A DNA stretch of 63,457 nt, the filler included, from Octopus bimaculoides (taxonomy: Eukaryota): the NCBI RefSeq assembly GCF_001194135.2. It is 6 parts of 5 records of this genome, joined end to end, with 100 filler letters (N's around TTAATTAATTAA, not from the genome) between each part and the next. Parts side by side here need not be neighbours in the genome. Positions count along the whole stretch, not along the records: positions 1 to 20,443 come from NC_068985.1; 5 more parts are not named here. One strand, 5' to 3'. The position numbers and the translations under genes were made by a program. The notes under the pieces are model-generated. The model was not told where the DNA came from, made no database searches, and saw nothing but the letters and a program-made list of their open reading frames with translations. This document shows, in pieces, positions 1-11,136 of this stretch (the first letter of the stretch is position 1; every line of letters starts with the position of its first letter).

Positions 1-41
<41 letters not shown>
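1..41. repeat. (AT)n microsatellite
   Basis: Direct AT dinucleotide run at the window start. Confidence 0.95.
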
Positions 42-49
<8 letters not shown>

Positions 50-1116
50 AATGTCAATCAATGAGAATGAGTGCTCAACATCGCATTGGTGGATAAAATT
101 TCTTTATTTGTGTATTAAGGCTAGCATTGGTTTCATGTTAAGAAAAATATCCTAATAGTTTTTTAAGCCAATCACATGGAGGAATGGTGTTCATCTCCAT
201 TTTGGATGAAAACTCGAAAAATCTTGGGAATTCACAAAAAATCTCATAAGAAATCGTATGTATGGATGGATGGATGGATACATTTGTACATGTACAGAGA
301 ATGCTTGTTTTCATGCATGTTACAAGATCTTGTCCATTATGATAGTGTCTGTCTAACCAGATCTGAATGCAATTAGGATATGCAATATTCTTTGTCAAGT
401 CAATAAAAATATTAACTGAATTATTGCTACATCAATGTCGTGTGTGTTGAGAAAATCTTTTAGTTCCATGTGTATTTGATAGTGATAATGTTATATTGAA
501 TTATCTGTAATGTTTTCGAGCTAACTTTACAAAATTTTTCTGTGATAAAAGTCTTTTTTAAATGTACTCTATGTGAAGCTGTGATGTTAAAAAGGGAGAT
601 AACAATACTTACTGATTTAATTGTTACTGTTGTTATTAATATTATTGTAATGTATATCTTTGTTGAGTTTTTGTACATGGTATTGTTTTACTGGAAAGTA
701 ATGTTATTTTCAAGAATATAGTTTGATGTGATACCACAAATAGCTTACAAGCCAATAAACAGTGTCCTTGCAATCAACCAATTAGTTTAGAGTTACTGAT
801 CTAATATTAATGTGAACATGATATGTGTGTATGTATATGCTCTATTTCAATAGATCATAGAAGATAAGGACTTTAGTGAGCTACATATTCAGCATTGCCT
901 GCTTTACTAATTGCATAAAGGCAACAATGCAGTGCATATAAAAGAAATACATATGTACTGTATATTCTGATGGTGTGAATATTCAGAAATGCCAAATTCA
1001 AAAATGATCATTTTGATCTTTGTACATGTATCAATGAAGAAGACCAACTGTTCTCAATAATGATGCAATGAAAATAGCAATTGAAAAGGATTTGCACCAA
1101 AGCATCAGGGACTTAT

Positions 1117-1489
1117 GTTGTTGGCACTCCGTCGAGGGTTCCAGTTGATCCGATCAACAGAACAGCCTGCTCATGAAATTAACGTGCAAGTGGCTGAGCA
1201 CTCCACAGACACATGTACCCTTAACGTAGTTCTCGGGGATATTCAGCGTGACACAGTGTGACAAGGCTGGCCTTTAGAAATACAGGCACAACAGAAACAG
1301 GAAGTAAGAGTGAGAGAAAGTTGTGGTGGAAGAGTACAGCAGGGTTCGCCACCATCCCCTGCCGGAGCCTCGTGGAGCTTTAGGTGTTTTCGCTTAATAA
1401 ACACTCACAACGCCCGGTCTGGGAATCGAAACCGCGATCCTATGACCACGAGTCCGCTGCCCTAACCACTGGGCCATTGCGCCTCCACA
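1117..1489 (-). mobile_element. tRNA-derived SINE (octopus OR/OK-like), full length with TSD
   Basis: Minus strand begins GTGGAGGCGCAATGGCCCAGTGGTTAGGG (A box) and has GGTTTCGATTCCC (B box). 13-bp TSD ATCAGGGACTTAT at 1104-1116 and 1490-1502. Near-identical copy at 13059-13430. Confidence 0.9.
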
Positions 1490-1994
1490 ATCAGGGACTT
1501 ATATTGCAGACTTAATAAACCTTGGTCCATTGTGCAAGATCATCTCAAATAGATCGAGAAAGTGTTTAGGGAAGTTGGTACTTAACAAGTTGTTGCCTAA
1601 AAATAAAGCAATGCAGTCAACAAGAATACTCAAGAAGATATAAATTCATTAAGCTGCAAAGATCTACCTCACCTTCTCTACTCACCAGGCTTAGCACCAT
1701 CAGCATTTCACTTATTCAGGTTGCCTGAGTATTTTGCCAGGGGAAAAGCATTCAGAAGCAGGGACAATGTTGAAATGGCACACCAAACAATTTTCTCTTC
1801 CAAAGAACTTGAGGAATCAGGAAACTAGATTTGTGATGGGAAAATGTCATTACTAAAGATCATGATTATATTTTGAATGAATAAATATATTAACGATATG
1901 TTTTATGTTGATGTGAACTCATTACATAAAATGTAACATTATTTTTTGGTACCCCTAATATTTCATTGAGTATTTTGGAAAACAGCTTTATAGG

Positions 1995-2518
1995 TGAAGT
2001 AGTTGTATGCTGTCAACTTAATGTGATAGTCCCCTGAAGGGAATAATACTACTGTTGGTTAGACCTAGGAAGCTGCACTGCTTCCTGTCAGTCTTGACAC
2101 ATTTCCTGTGCCCTTATGTTTAAAAGGGGGGGGGGGAGACAAGCACCTCCACCCAGCTAAGCCTGCATCCAGAGACATGTTTCTGAGTCTTTGCTCGTCA
2201 TCAGTCTGGAGTAGCATGACCTGCTAGTCGAAGATGCCTGACAAGCTCTTGTAAACATATAATAATTCTAGTGAAATACATTCACTGATTTCAAATTTAG
2301 AAATAATACATTTCTAAGTGATACGATGAAGTAGTTGTATGCTGTCCACTTAATGTTGACAGAAACATGTCTCTGGATGCAGGCTTAGCTGGGTGCAGCT
2401 TCCTAGGTCTAACCAACAGTAGTATTATTCCCTTCAGAGGACTGACAGCATACAACTACTTCATCATATCACTACTGCATAAATCTCTCTGAGAGATTTA
2501 GAAATGTATTATTTCTAA
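1995..2518. repeat. Scrambled direct/inverted duplication mosaic
   Basis: Block 1995-2014 recurs directly near 2327-2346 and inverted near 2444-2463. 2028-2078 is inverted at 2393-2443. 2150-2184 is inverted at 2361-2395. 2297-2317 is inverted at 2498-2518. Confidence 0.85.
2168..2210 (-). ncRNA. Minimal type I hammerhead ribozyme-like motif
   Basis: Minus strand reads UCCAGA-CUGAUGA-C-GAG caaaga CUC-A-GAAA-CAUG-UC-UCUGGA: 6-bp stem I, palindromic ACAUGU stem III and a GUC triplet. Extra nucleotides flank stem II. Confidence 0.5.
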
Positions 2519-3954
2519 AAGCTGTATAGGTGTTTTTAGATTTGTTTTGAGCCAAGGTTTAGTCACTCTCTAGTGGTATTTGTAAGTGTTGGGAACAAAA
2601 TAATTTTGCATGATGAACCTAGTTTTACTGGCATTCAAGCTTTGACTAAGACATGTTCTTTTCTGGTATATGATACCCCAAATTACTCTATCCGTTTTAA
2701 GTTGGTAGTTTATTATTTAAAGAAGAGGTAGCTGCTGGCTGTAGCAAACAGAGAAGCCATGTAGAGGATTCTTTATTGGTCCAATGAATTTTAAGTTACA
2801 CACTTGACTATGACACTAATATTCTCCCAAATATCGTTAATGGGAATCTTGTATGCACTTAACATGTCTTGGTTTTCAAGTAACATAGATAATACAAGAT
2901 AGCATCAGAACTTAACTCCTTTTACATGCTAAACAACGCACATACCTCACCAAGCCAACTACAACTCTATATGACATCACCAACTCCACATGCCTGTAAT
3001 TTGCTTCCTACAATTAGTCCATGCTGTGGTCATAAGAAACAACTAAACCATCATCCTTATGTAATCCTATGCTGTGGGAGTGGGTCATTTTTTGTTTTGT
3101 TTTGAGGGCTTATAAAATATACAAGTTGTTTAATTCACAGACCTCAGCACCAACAAAGCTACCAATGTAAGTAATGACGGAGTGAATAATCAGTTTTGAA
3201 TGAATATACAGGCATGCATTCACTCACACACATTTGGTAATCTAAGCCTGAAAAAGATAGGTTTCTGTAAGAGGCCTGCAAAACTTGAAGTCACATGGAG
3301 CCGAATCAAACTATTTTAAATAATACATTTAACTCCGGTGTTGAGTGCATTTTTTTCATTTGTACACTCACTTGTATATATATTCATGCACATACATACA
3401 TATATTCAATAAATGTGGTTGAATTTAATTATAAATTTGAGGCTGAATCTTCAGTCTTCACTCCACTGTCATAATGTATAGGGTATTCAGAAAGTAATTG
3501 CATTTTTTCACCACTATGAAATATGAATCAACCAATCATGTCAGAGCCATGGTCAAATGGGTGGAACTGTCTAAAAATAGTATATCACCCTTTCTATCTG
3601 GTAGTGTGTCTTTCATAGTTATTTCAGTAATAAACTCCATGGAGGACAAGAACTTTATGAAACAACATATTCGCCATTGCTTACTGTATGAGTTTCAAAA
3701 GAAAAGTACTGTTTACAGAAGCAATGGAAAACATTTGTGAAGTGTATCCAGATGCAGTGAAAACTCATACATGTCAGCTGTGGTTTGATAAGTTTAAAGA
3801 TGTGATTGTGACACATCCAACAAGCCTTGCTCTGGAAGATAACCCACTCTGAATGACAACGTTTTGAATGAGACTATTGTATCAGATCCACATCAAAGCA
3901 GCAGATATTTGGCACAATAATTTAATGTGTCATGTTCAACTATCCATAGACATC

Positions 3955-4458
3955 ATCATCGTTTAATGTCTGCTTTCCATGCTAGCATGGGTTGGACAAT
4001 TTGACTGAGGACCGGCAAGCCAAAAGGCTGCACCAGGCTCTAATCTGATCTGGCAGAGTTTCTACAGCTGGATGCCCTTCCTAACGCCAACCACTCCGAG
4101 AATGTAGTGGGTGCTTTTATGTGCCACTGGCACGAGGGCCAGTCACATGGTAGTGGCAATGGCCTTGCTCAAAAGGTGTTTTTTACGTCCCACCTGCACG
4201 AGAGCCAGTCCAGCGGCACTGGCAACGACCTCGCTTGAATGATTTTCTAACGTTCCACCAGCACAAGTGCTAGAAGGCGGTGCTGGTAACGATTACGCTC
4301 AAATGGTGCTATTTACAGGCCACTAGCACGGAAGCCAGACAGCTGCTCTGGCAATGAACACACTCGGACAGTGCTGTTTGTGCTCCACTGGCACAGGTGC
4401 CAGTCAACGAGTATGGTTCAATTTCGATTTCGATTTCACTTGCTCCAACAGGTCTTCG
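3955..4458 (-). mobile_element. RTE LINE 3'-end copy (5'-truncated)
   Basis: (CAT)n tail followed by CGTTTAA...CCATGCTAGCATGG; homologous to the 3' UTR of the RT-bearing element at 31811-33704. Confidence 0.88.
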
Positions 4459-4806
4459 CATCTCAACCAAATTTGGGAAAACATGCAAAGAGGGAATTTG
4501 GGTTCCACAAGAGTTTACGCTTGAGAACTGAACACAATCTGCAGCAATCTTCTACCTAGGAATAACAACCTGTCATTTTTGCAGTGCACTGTTAGAGGTG
4601 ATGAAAAATGGGTTTTGCATCATAACAGAAAACAAAAACGACAATGGTTATCATGAACTGAGAGGCCAGTGCCAACACCAAAACTAGAACTCCATCCATA
4701 GAAATCCTTGCTCTGTGTTTGGTGGGACATGAATAGTATCATCCATTATGAGCTTTTGGAACATGGAAGAACCATCAATGCAGATGCCTATTGCCAACAA
4801 CTTGCT

Positions 4807-5145
4807 CATCATCATCATCGTTTAACGTCAGCCTTCCATGCTAGCATGGGTTGGATGATTTGACTGAGGACTGGTGAACCAGATGGCTACACCAGGTTCC
4901 AATCTGATTTGGCAGAGTTTCTACAGCTGGATGCCCTTCTTAACGCCAACCACTCTGAGAGTGTAGTGGGTGCTTTTACATGCCACCGGCACGAAGGCCA
5001 GTCAGGCGGTACTGGCAACGGCCACGCTCGAAATGGTGTATTTTACGTGCCACCTGCACAGGAGCATTGGCAATGACCTCGCTTGAATGTCTTTACACGT
5101 GCCACCGGCACAAGTGCCAGGAAGGCGACGCTGGGCACAGGTGCC
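4807..5145 (-). mobile_element. RTE LINE 3'-end copy
   Basis: Same tail and 3' UTR; CATCAT duplicated at both junctions inside the mariner ORF. Confidence 0.88.
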
Positions 5146-5771
5146 ATCATGGTAAATCAAAAATTATGTCAAAAGTGGCCAGCTTTGGTAAACAGAAAAG
5201 GTGTTATTCTTCAGCATGACAATGCACAGCCACACTTTTCAAAATAAACCCAAGAAAAAATAAGATTGTTAGGATGGGAAGTTCTTCCACATCATCCTCC
5301 ATGCTCACCTGACTCAGCACCTATGGATTTCCATCTGTTCTGATCACTAGAAGATTTTATAAGTAGCAAAACATTCAGAAACCGAGAGGAAGTTAAAATC
5401 AGTCTTTCAGACTCTTTTTTTCAGGAAAAGAAATAGGTTTCTTTGAACATAGCATAAAAAAGTTACTTTCCTGTTGGGCTGCAGTTCTTGAAAACAATGG
5501 TGATTACGTTCTTGATTAAAACTATTTGATTAAAACTATTTGATTAAAACTATTCAGATAAACATAGTTTATGTTTGTTTTTATATCCTTTCTGGTAAAA
5601 CACAATTACTTTCCAAACACCCTAATATATCTCTGTTGCAATTACATTTGCTGAAAACGTTTGCAATGAAATGTGTTAGCAACTAAAATTTAAGATTATG
5701 AACAATGATGTTTCCTAGTTTCAGCTTCCAATACAAATATATAGAGTATACATGTGTTAATGTGTGTGTAT

Positions 5772-5835
5772 GAGAGAGAGAGAGAGAGGGGGAGAGAGAG
5801 AGAGAGAGAGAAAGAGAGATAGAGAGAGAGAGAAA
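5772..5835. repeat. (GA)n microsatellite
   Basis: Direct GA run. Confidence 0.9.
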
Positions 5836-6045
5836 AGAAATAAGCAGAGAAGATAGACAGAAAATGTGTGAATATTTATAGTTTAATGTGTTAAAATAGT
5901 GTGTAATCTCTTATGTATATATATTAAATTCATACCATGTATTCATGTAAACATCCAGTGGACATGAAGTGCAGAAGGAAATGAAATGCTAAAAGCTTAG
6001 ACCATCCTATTTATCTCCACTTCAAGCTCACAAAGAATTGTTATG

Positions 6046-6062
6046 AGAGAAGAAGAAGAAGA

Positions 6063-6102
<40 letters not shown>

Positions 6103-6120
6103 GACAGAGATAGAGAAAGA
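6046..6120. repeat. (GAA)n/(GA)n compound microsatellite
   Basis: Direct repeat, about 300 bp downstream of the ZNF stop codon. Confidence 0.9.
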
Positions 6121-6423
6121 AAGTGGAATGGATACAATTAATAGTAAATCCCAAAATGAATGAAAAGACAACAAAAAAATCTGATTGAAAATCACAATAA
6201 AATTATACTTAACAAAAAAGGTATAAAATCGTAGTGTATTAACATGTGTGTGTGTTTGCGAGAGAGCATACATATGATGGTAGTTTATTAGTAGGTAGTG
6301 AAGTACAGAGTGAGTTTGTTATTTTAGTGGTAGTAGTCATACGTTATATAAAATATGACATGTCTTATGTTCAGCAGAAACTTCATTTTCGCTACCTGTC
6401 ATATAACATGATTCATTGATAAA

Positions 6424-7611
6424 TTACTGTCTGTGTTCATTGATAAAATGTGAAGTGAAACTATAAACATCATGATAAATGTCACCACATAAATTGCATT
6501 GCCAAGGGTTCTCAGGGTCGTGAAGGCCCATATGCATCACATAAAGTGCATTGTCAAAATAAAGGATGTTACAATGTGGGCATGTAAAACTTCGGCTGTT
6601 GCCAATACATTTGTCTGAAACATTTGAACTAGAAACTGTTGCTGTAGAAGAATGAGAGCTCGTTTCAGCAATGGTACTTGTTACACCAATGTCTTTAATA
6701 AAAGGTGAAGTTCTTGAAGCTGGTGATTGACCACTTTCAAGGGATTGTGGAGGTGTTTGACGAATAGGGAGATGATCTTTTGAAAACAAACTCGATGGTT
6801 GCAGGGGAAAATAAGTAGAAGAAGATTTGGTCAGTCCTGGAACTGATATGTGATCTGAAGCTGTACTACTCTGAGGAGCAGCAGATACAAGAGATCTATT
6901 TGCTTGCTCCTGAAAATCAGAAACAGATTGTTTATTCAATGTTACATTGGAAAGATTCAACATGTTTGTATTAGGAAAGGGCTCTTGAACTGATAAACTT
7001 TCATCAATAATATAACAGTCATCTTCACTAGTCTCAGATTCCATTTTCACAGAAGAAACGTTTTTAGAATATTGGACAGATTCATTAGGATAACTTGTGT
7101 TTGTGGCAGTCAATCGAGATTCATGTTCATTAACTCCATACTGATTAGTTACAAATCGTAAAGAGGAATTATCAATTGATGGTTGGTTGGGGAGTGGTAT
7201 GAATCCAGATTGGAAAACTTTATGTTTGAAATGCATATGTTTTTTTAGATCATATTTTCTTTTTGCAGCATAATCACAAAGATCACAGATGAAGGGACGG
7301 GCATCGGAATGAACAACACAATGACTTACAATTTTACTACGGAATGGAGAAGAAAAAGAACAGCTCTCACAGTGAAATAACCTACGTTTCTCATCATCCA
7401 GTCCACCGACCGGGGTACTATTATTTCCTTTATCAATAGCTGCATCCTCACTTATATCGGACACATTTCCAAGAAATGTTTGTTGTTCGTTATGCACTTG
7501 ACTGAGATGATGTACCAAAGCTGAATGAAACTCTGTAGTGAATGAACACTGATCACACTGAAAATTCTTCTCAACATTTGAGTTTTCCATAGAATTAGCA
7601 GAATCGTTCAT
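6424..7611 (-). CDS. Ikaros/hunchback-family (Pegasus-like) C2H2 zinc-finger transcription factor
   Basis: Intact ORF with five C2H2 fingers: CDQC..HLSQVH, CESC..HCVVH, CDLC..HMHFKH, then a Ser-rich linker and the C-terminal pair CPHCNILYFDNALYVMHMGLH / WQCNLCG..FTSHFINEH typical of hunchback/Ikaros dimerisation fingers. First ATG at 7611; splice acceptor TTTCACAG places the exon start at 7659 with the frame open, so an N-terminal extension is possible. Confidence 0.92.
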   Translation of the reverse strand: MNDSANSMENSNVEKNFQCDQCSFTTEFHSALVHHLSQVHNEQQTFLGNVSDISEDAAIDKGNNSTPVGGLDDEKRRLFHCESCSFSSPFRSKIVSHCVVHSDARPFICDLCDYAAKRKYDLKKHMHFKHKVFQSGFIPLPNQPSIDNSSLRFVTNQYGVNEHESRLTATNTSYPNESVQYSKNVSSVKMESETSEDDCYIIDESLSVQEPFPNTNMLNLSNVTLNKQSVSDFQEQANRSLVSAAPQSSTASDHISVPGLTKSSSTYFPLQPSSLFSKDHLPIRQTPPQSLESGQSPASRTSPFIKDIGVTSTIAETSSHSSTATVSSSNVSDKCIGNSRSFTCPHCNILYFDNALYVMHMGLHDPENPWQCNLCGDIYHDVYSFTSHFINEHRQ

Positions 7612-8235
7612 GATGATAGAATCAACATAAGAAATGGATATCAAACTTGCTCCAGAGACCTGTGAAAATAGAATAACATAAAGATAAATAAATAAAACAA
7701 CAAAAATTCCGGTGAAAATATTTGAAAATAGTTTTAAAGATTTTGTTAATTTGATAAATATTTCTTTAAATGAAACTACTTATGATGGTAAGATACTGCT
7801 CTAATGATCAGAAAATCACAAGTTTTCAGATTATGAAATTATAATTAATGGAGGTATTGGAGATATAACTGGATGTACTTGATGGATAGAATCAACAGTT
7901 GACTTTTGGTACTTGATTGGAAAAGTTTCAAATACCATCTTGATGCTTTTAGGAAAGATATGAAAGATATTAAAATAATTGTCCCATTAACATAAATTTT
8001 GGGAGCTACTAATTAATCTGTTGAAGATGGAAGAAGTTTTTTCTCAAATAAATGCAGGCATCTATTTTGAAAAATGGAATAATGAAGTAATAGTAATATT
8101 TTATAGAATATCAAAACACACACACCCACAAAGATTTTAGCATAGTGAAAATGCAATTAACACTGTAACAGTTTTGCATAATTATTAGAAATGAACAAAA
8201 AAGGAAAAAGCTTTAACTAGAACATTGTCACTTAC

Positions 8236-8388
8236 ATTTGCCGTAAGCACTTATATACATTTGGTAGTATGTTACATCACAAACAGTTCTTGTTAGAACA
8301 GACTGACTTGTTGAGTCCTTTTTTCTGCCATATCTCTTCCATTCATCGAAGCAAGTCATCTGAATAGAGAGCAGTATAAAAGACTAAT
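8236..8388 (-). other. Candidate upstream exon of the ZNF gene
   Basis: Donor AAT|GTAAGT at 8235; acceptors CTTTTTCTAG (exon start 8388) or CTCTCTATTCAG (exon start 8359). Confidence 0.4.
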
Positions 8389-8849
8389 CTAGAAAAAGAC
8401 ACCAGGTAAATAGTGACAACACCTAATAAGAAAAAAGTTGAGAACAGTAATTAAAAAGAACAATAATTTTTCCTATTTGCAAAAGTTAACATTTGTATAT
8501 AACAAAAGCATTTGTAATCAATGAAAATACACAATAAATACTTTATAACTGATTGGTGTTTACCGCTTTGTTTTTATGAGTTGTGTAGTTCCAGGCCAGT
8601 TGCAACTGAGGAAATCTATGACATGAAGAAATATATGGTTTGCATAATTAACTGAACAATTAGGTGTGACTCATATTTGTTATTCTGGATATCATGTCTT
8701 TGCCTAACCATACTATACACGTCAATACACAGTGGTTAATTGCATATGGTGCAATGTTGTAGTCTAGACATTACATACTCTCTCTCCATTGTCCAATTAA
8801 TTTCTGTATGCTTCCAGTTGAAAAGGTTGGTTGGAGTGTGACAATGACT

Positions 8850-9600
8850 CATCTTCATTATCGTATCCATTTAATGCCCATTTTCTATGGGTTCAATGGT
8901 CTGACAGGAGCAGGCAAGCTGGACGACTATGCCAAGCTCAATGTTTGCTTTGACATGCTCACTGTAGCTGGATGCCTGTCCTAACATCAATCATCATCAT
9001 CGTTTAACGTCCGCTTTCCATGCTAGCATGGGTTGGACGATTTGACTGAGGACTGGTGAAACCGGATGGCAACACCAGGCTCCAGTCTGATTTGGCAGAG
9101 TTTCTACAGCTGGATGCCCTTCCTAACGCCAACCACTCAGAGAGTGTAGTGGGTGCTTTTACGTGTCACCCGCACGAAAACGGCCATGCTCGAAATGGTG
9201 TCTTTTATGTGCCACCCGCACAAGCCAGTCCAGGGGCACTGGCAACGATCTCGCTCGAAAATCCTACGGGAGCCAGTCAGGCGGTACTGGCAACGGCCAC
9301 GCTCAAAATGGTGCATCTCATGTGCCACCCGCACAAGAGCCAGTCCAGGGGCACTGGCAACGATCTTACTTGGCTTGCCGGGTCTTCTCACGCACTTTAC
9401 AAAATCTACTGCATGCTTTTTACATGGCCCTAGCACCAGTTGAGGTCACCAAGTAACTTGCAAAATCCCTCAACTGAGGGTATGTAGTATTGAGGAAGGT
9501 GGCTTTATGTCAGGTGATGAGACAAAGTATCATAGAGAGACAGGAATGGGTGTTTTATTGTAGGGGAGATACATTATTGCCTCAGTTGGAAAAGACAGAT
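8850..9600 (-). mobile_element. Older diverged RTE-related 3' fragment, split by a younger copy
   Basis: Degenerate GCTGGATGCC..CCTAAC..ATCA at about 8985 resumes as CACTTTACA..TGCTTTTTACATGG after 9392. Confidence 0.55.
8991..9392 (-). mobile_element. RTE LINE 3'-end copy (young)
   Basis: (CAT)n tail, CCATGCTAGCATGG hairpin and GTGCCACCCGCAC internal repeats. Confidence 0.88.
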
Positions 9601-9715
9601 GATGATGAAAATGTGTCAGAGCATTATCTCACTTAGTTATTGTTCATTTTACATTTTTTTTTTTCATTTTATCTAGTTTCAGCTCATGAGCTGTAGCCAT
9701 GCTGGGGCACCGCCA

Positions 9716-10021
9716 TTTTTTTTTTTTTTTAGATTGGTGTTCAGTTGCATCGAACAGGCTGCCAGCCGATGACTATTCACAGGCGTGATCCCACTACTGC
9801 TCAACACGGAGTCTTTTGCCTGCTGCGTTTCCGCCCTGGGCCGGAGCGACCCTCCTTAGACAACCTGGTCCTGATGAGCTCCCTCTCCAGCACCATATTG
9901 ATGCCGAGCTTAGCGCGGACACCCAATCGCCATAGAAGACCGACTAGCAGAACTCCTATCCTCAAACCAGCCAACCAACCAAGACTCCGAGTAGCTGGAT
10001 TACAGGAGCACACCGCAACTC
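9716..10021 (-). pseudogene. RN7SL: Full-length 7SL (SRP) RNA retrocopy with poly(A) tail
   Basis: Minus strand matches conserved SRP RNA blocks CCTGTAATCCAGCTACTCGG, GGGTGTCCGCGCTAAGCTCGGCATCAATATGGTG, ACCAGGTTGTCTAAGGAGGG, CCCAGGGCGGAAACGCAGCAGG and CAGTAGTGGGATCACGCCTGTGAATAG. It is followed by A15 (9716-9730) rather than a T-run terminator. Confidence 0.9.
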
Positions 10022-10281
10022 AATATTTATCATCAATGACATACATTCCACCACAATATTTGTGGATAATATGTGTGATATTAATGTTGCAGTAATTTCT
10101 GTGTACATGTGTTTTGTATGTTTGTTTCAACTGAATAGGAGAGGATATTGTTTAGGATGTTGTTGTATTTTGGAATATTATAGATTTTAGGGTGGTTGTG
10201 AGTGCAGTGGATAAAAAAGTGTGAGATGTACCTTGCATTAAAAGGGGCTGTTCAGTAGAATTTTAGCATATATTTATAGCC

Positions 10282-10680
10282 CATCATCATCATCATCGTT
10301 TAAGGTCCACTTTCCATGCTAGCATGGGTTGGACGATTTGACTGAGGACTGGTGGACCAGATGGCTACACCAGGCTCCAATCTGATTTGGCAGAGTTTCT
10401 ACAGCTGGATGCCCTTCCTAATGCCAACCACTCTGAGAGTGTAATAGGTGCTTTTACGTGCCACCGGCATGAAGGCCAGTCAGGTGGTACTGGCAACAGC
10501 CACGCTCAAAATGGTGTATTTTACGTGCCACCTGCACAGGAGCCAGTCCAGCGGCACTGACAATGATCTCGCTCGAATGTCTTACACGTGTCACTGGCAC
10601 AAGTGCCAGGAAGGCGACGCTGGGCATAGGTGCCAAGACAGACTGGGTGGTTGGTAAGCAAGCTACTTACCACACAGCCA
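10282..10680 (-). mobile_element. RTE 3'-end copy fused to a tRNA-SINE head (chimera)
   Basis: Minus strand starts GGCTGTGTGGTAAGTAGCTTGCTTACCAACCAC (the SINE head also seen near 20810 and 30850), then joins the RTE 3' UTR and ends in (GAT)n. Confidence 0.75.
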
Positions 10681-10682
10681 TG

Positions 10683-10985
10683 TAAAGGTGTGTGATCTAA
10701 TGGTTAGGGTATTGTACTTACAATCACTAGATCATAGGTTCAATTCCTGGACTGAGCAGCATGTTGTGTTCTAGAGTAAACCACATTATTTCCGGTTGTT
10801 CCAATCTATTCAGCTGTAAATGGGTAACCCCATGATGAAATTACTTTTCAATCAGGGAGAATATTGGCCTGCTCAACTAGCCAGCAGGGGGCCATCATTT
10901 GAAAGCTAAAGCAATGTGAAGCGCATTGTGACAAGTGATGTATAACAACATCCAATAGTCTGGTCAATACCACGATACTGTGACA
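10683..10985 (+). mobile_element. Degenerate tRNA-derived SINE
   Basis: A-box-like TAATGGTTAGGG, B-box-like GGTTCAATTCC and central CAGCTGTAAATGGGTA; boundaries approximate. Confidence 0.6.
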
Positions 10986-11136
10986 AACACACACTCTAAC
11001 ATTGACCCTTTTATTATTGCATTTCTGTTCAAATACACAACCTTTGCTTCAATTAATTTTTGAAATCCCTTTAAAAAAAACAAGCTTATACCACAGGACT
11101 AAGGGCAGTCTTGGGTGGGTTGATTATCAAAAGGAT

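Larger units (their letters stand above)
3479..5625 (+). mobile_element. Full-length decayed mariner transposon interrupted by two RTE 3'-end insertions
   Basis: Imperfect TIRs (TAGGGTATTCAGAAAGTAATTG / CAATTACTTTCCAAACACCCTAA) flanked by TA. Transposase relics include HIRHCLLYEF, GIWVP, GDEKWV, LCVWWD, LQHDNAQPH and HPPCSPDSAPMDFHLF, with stops and frameshifts. Confidence 0.92.

Noticed and set aside
1420-1489. tRNA-like sequences (also 13059, 39276, 20805)
   Set aside because: They are SINE heads lacking a complete acceptor stem.
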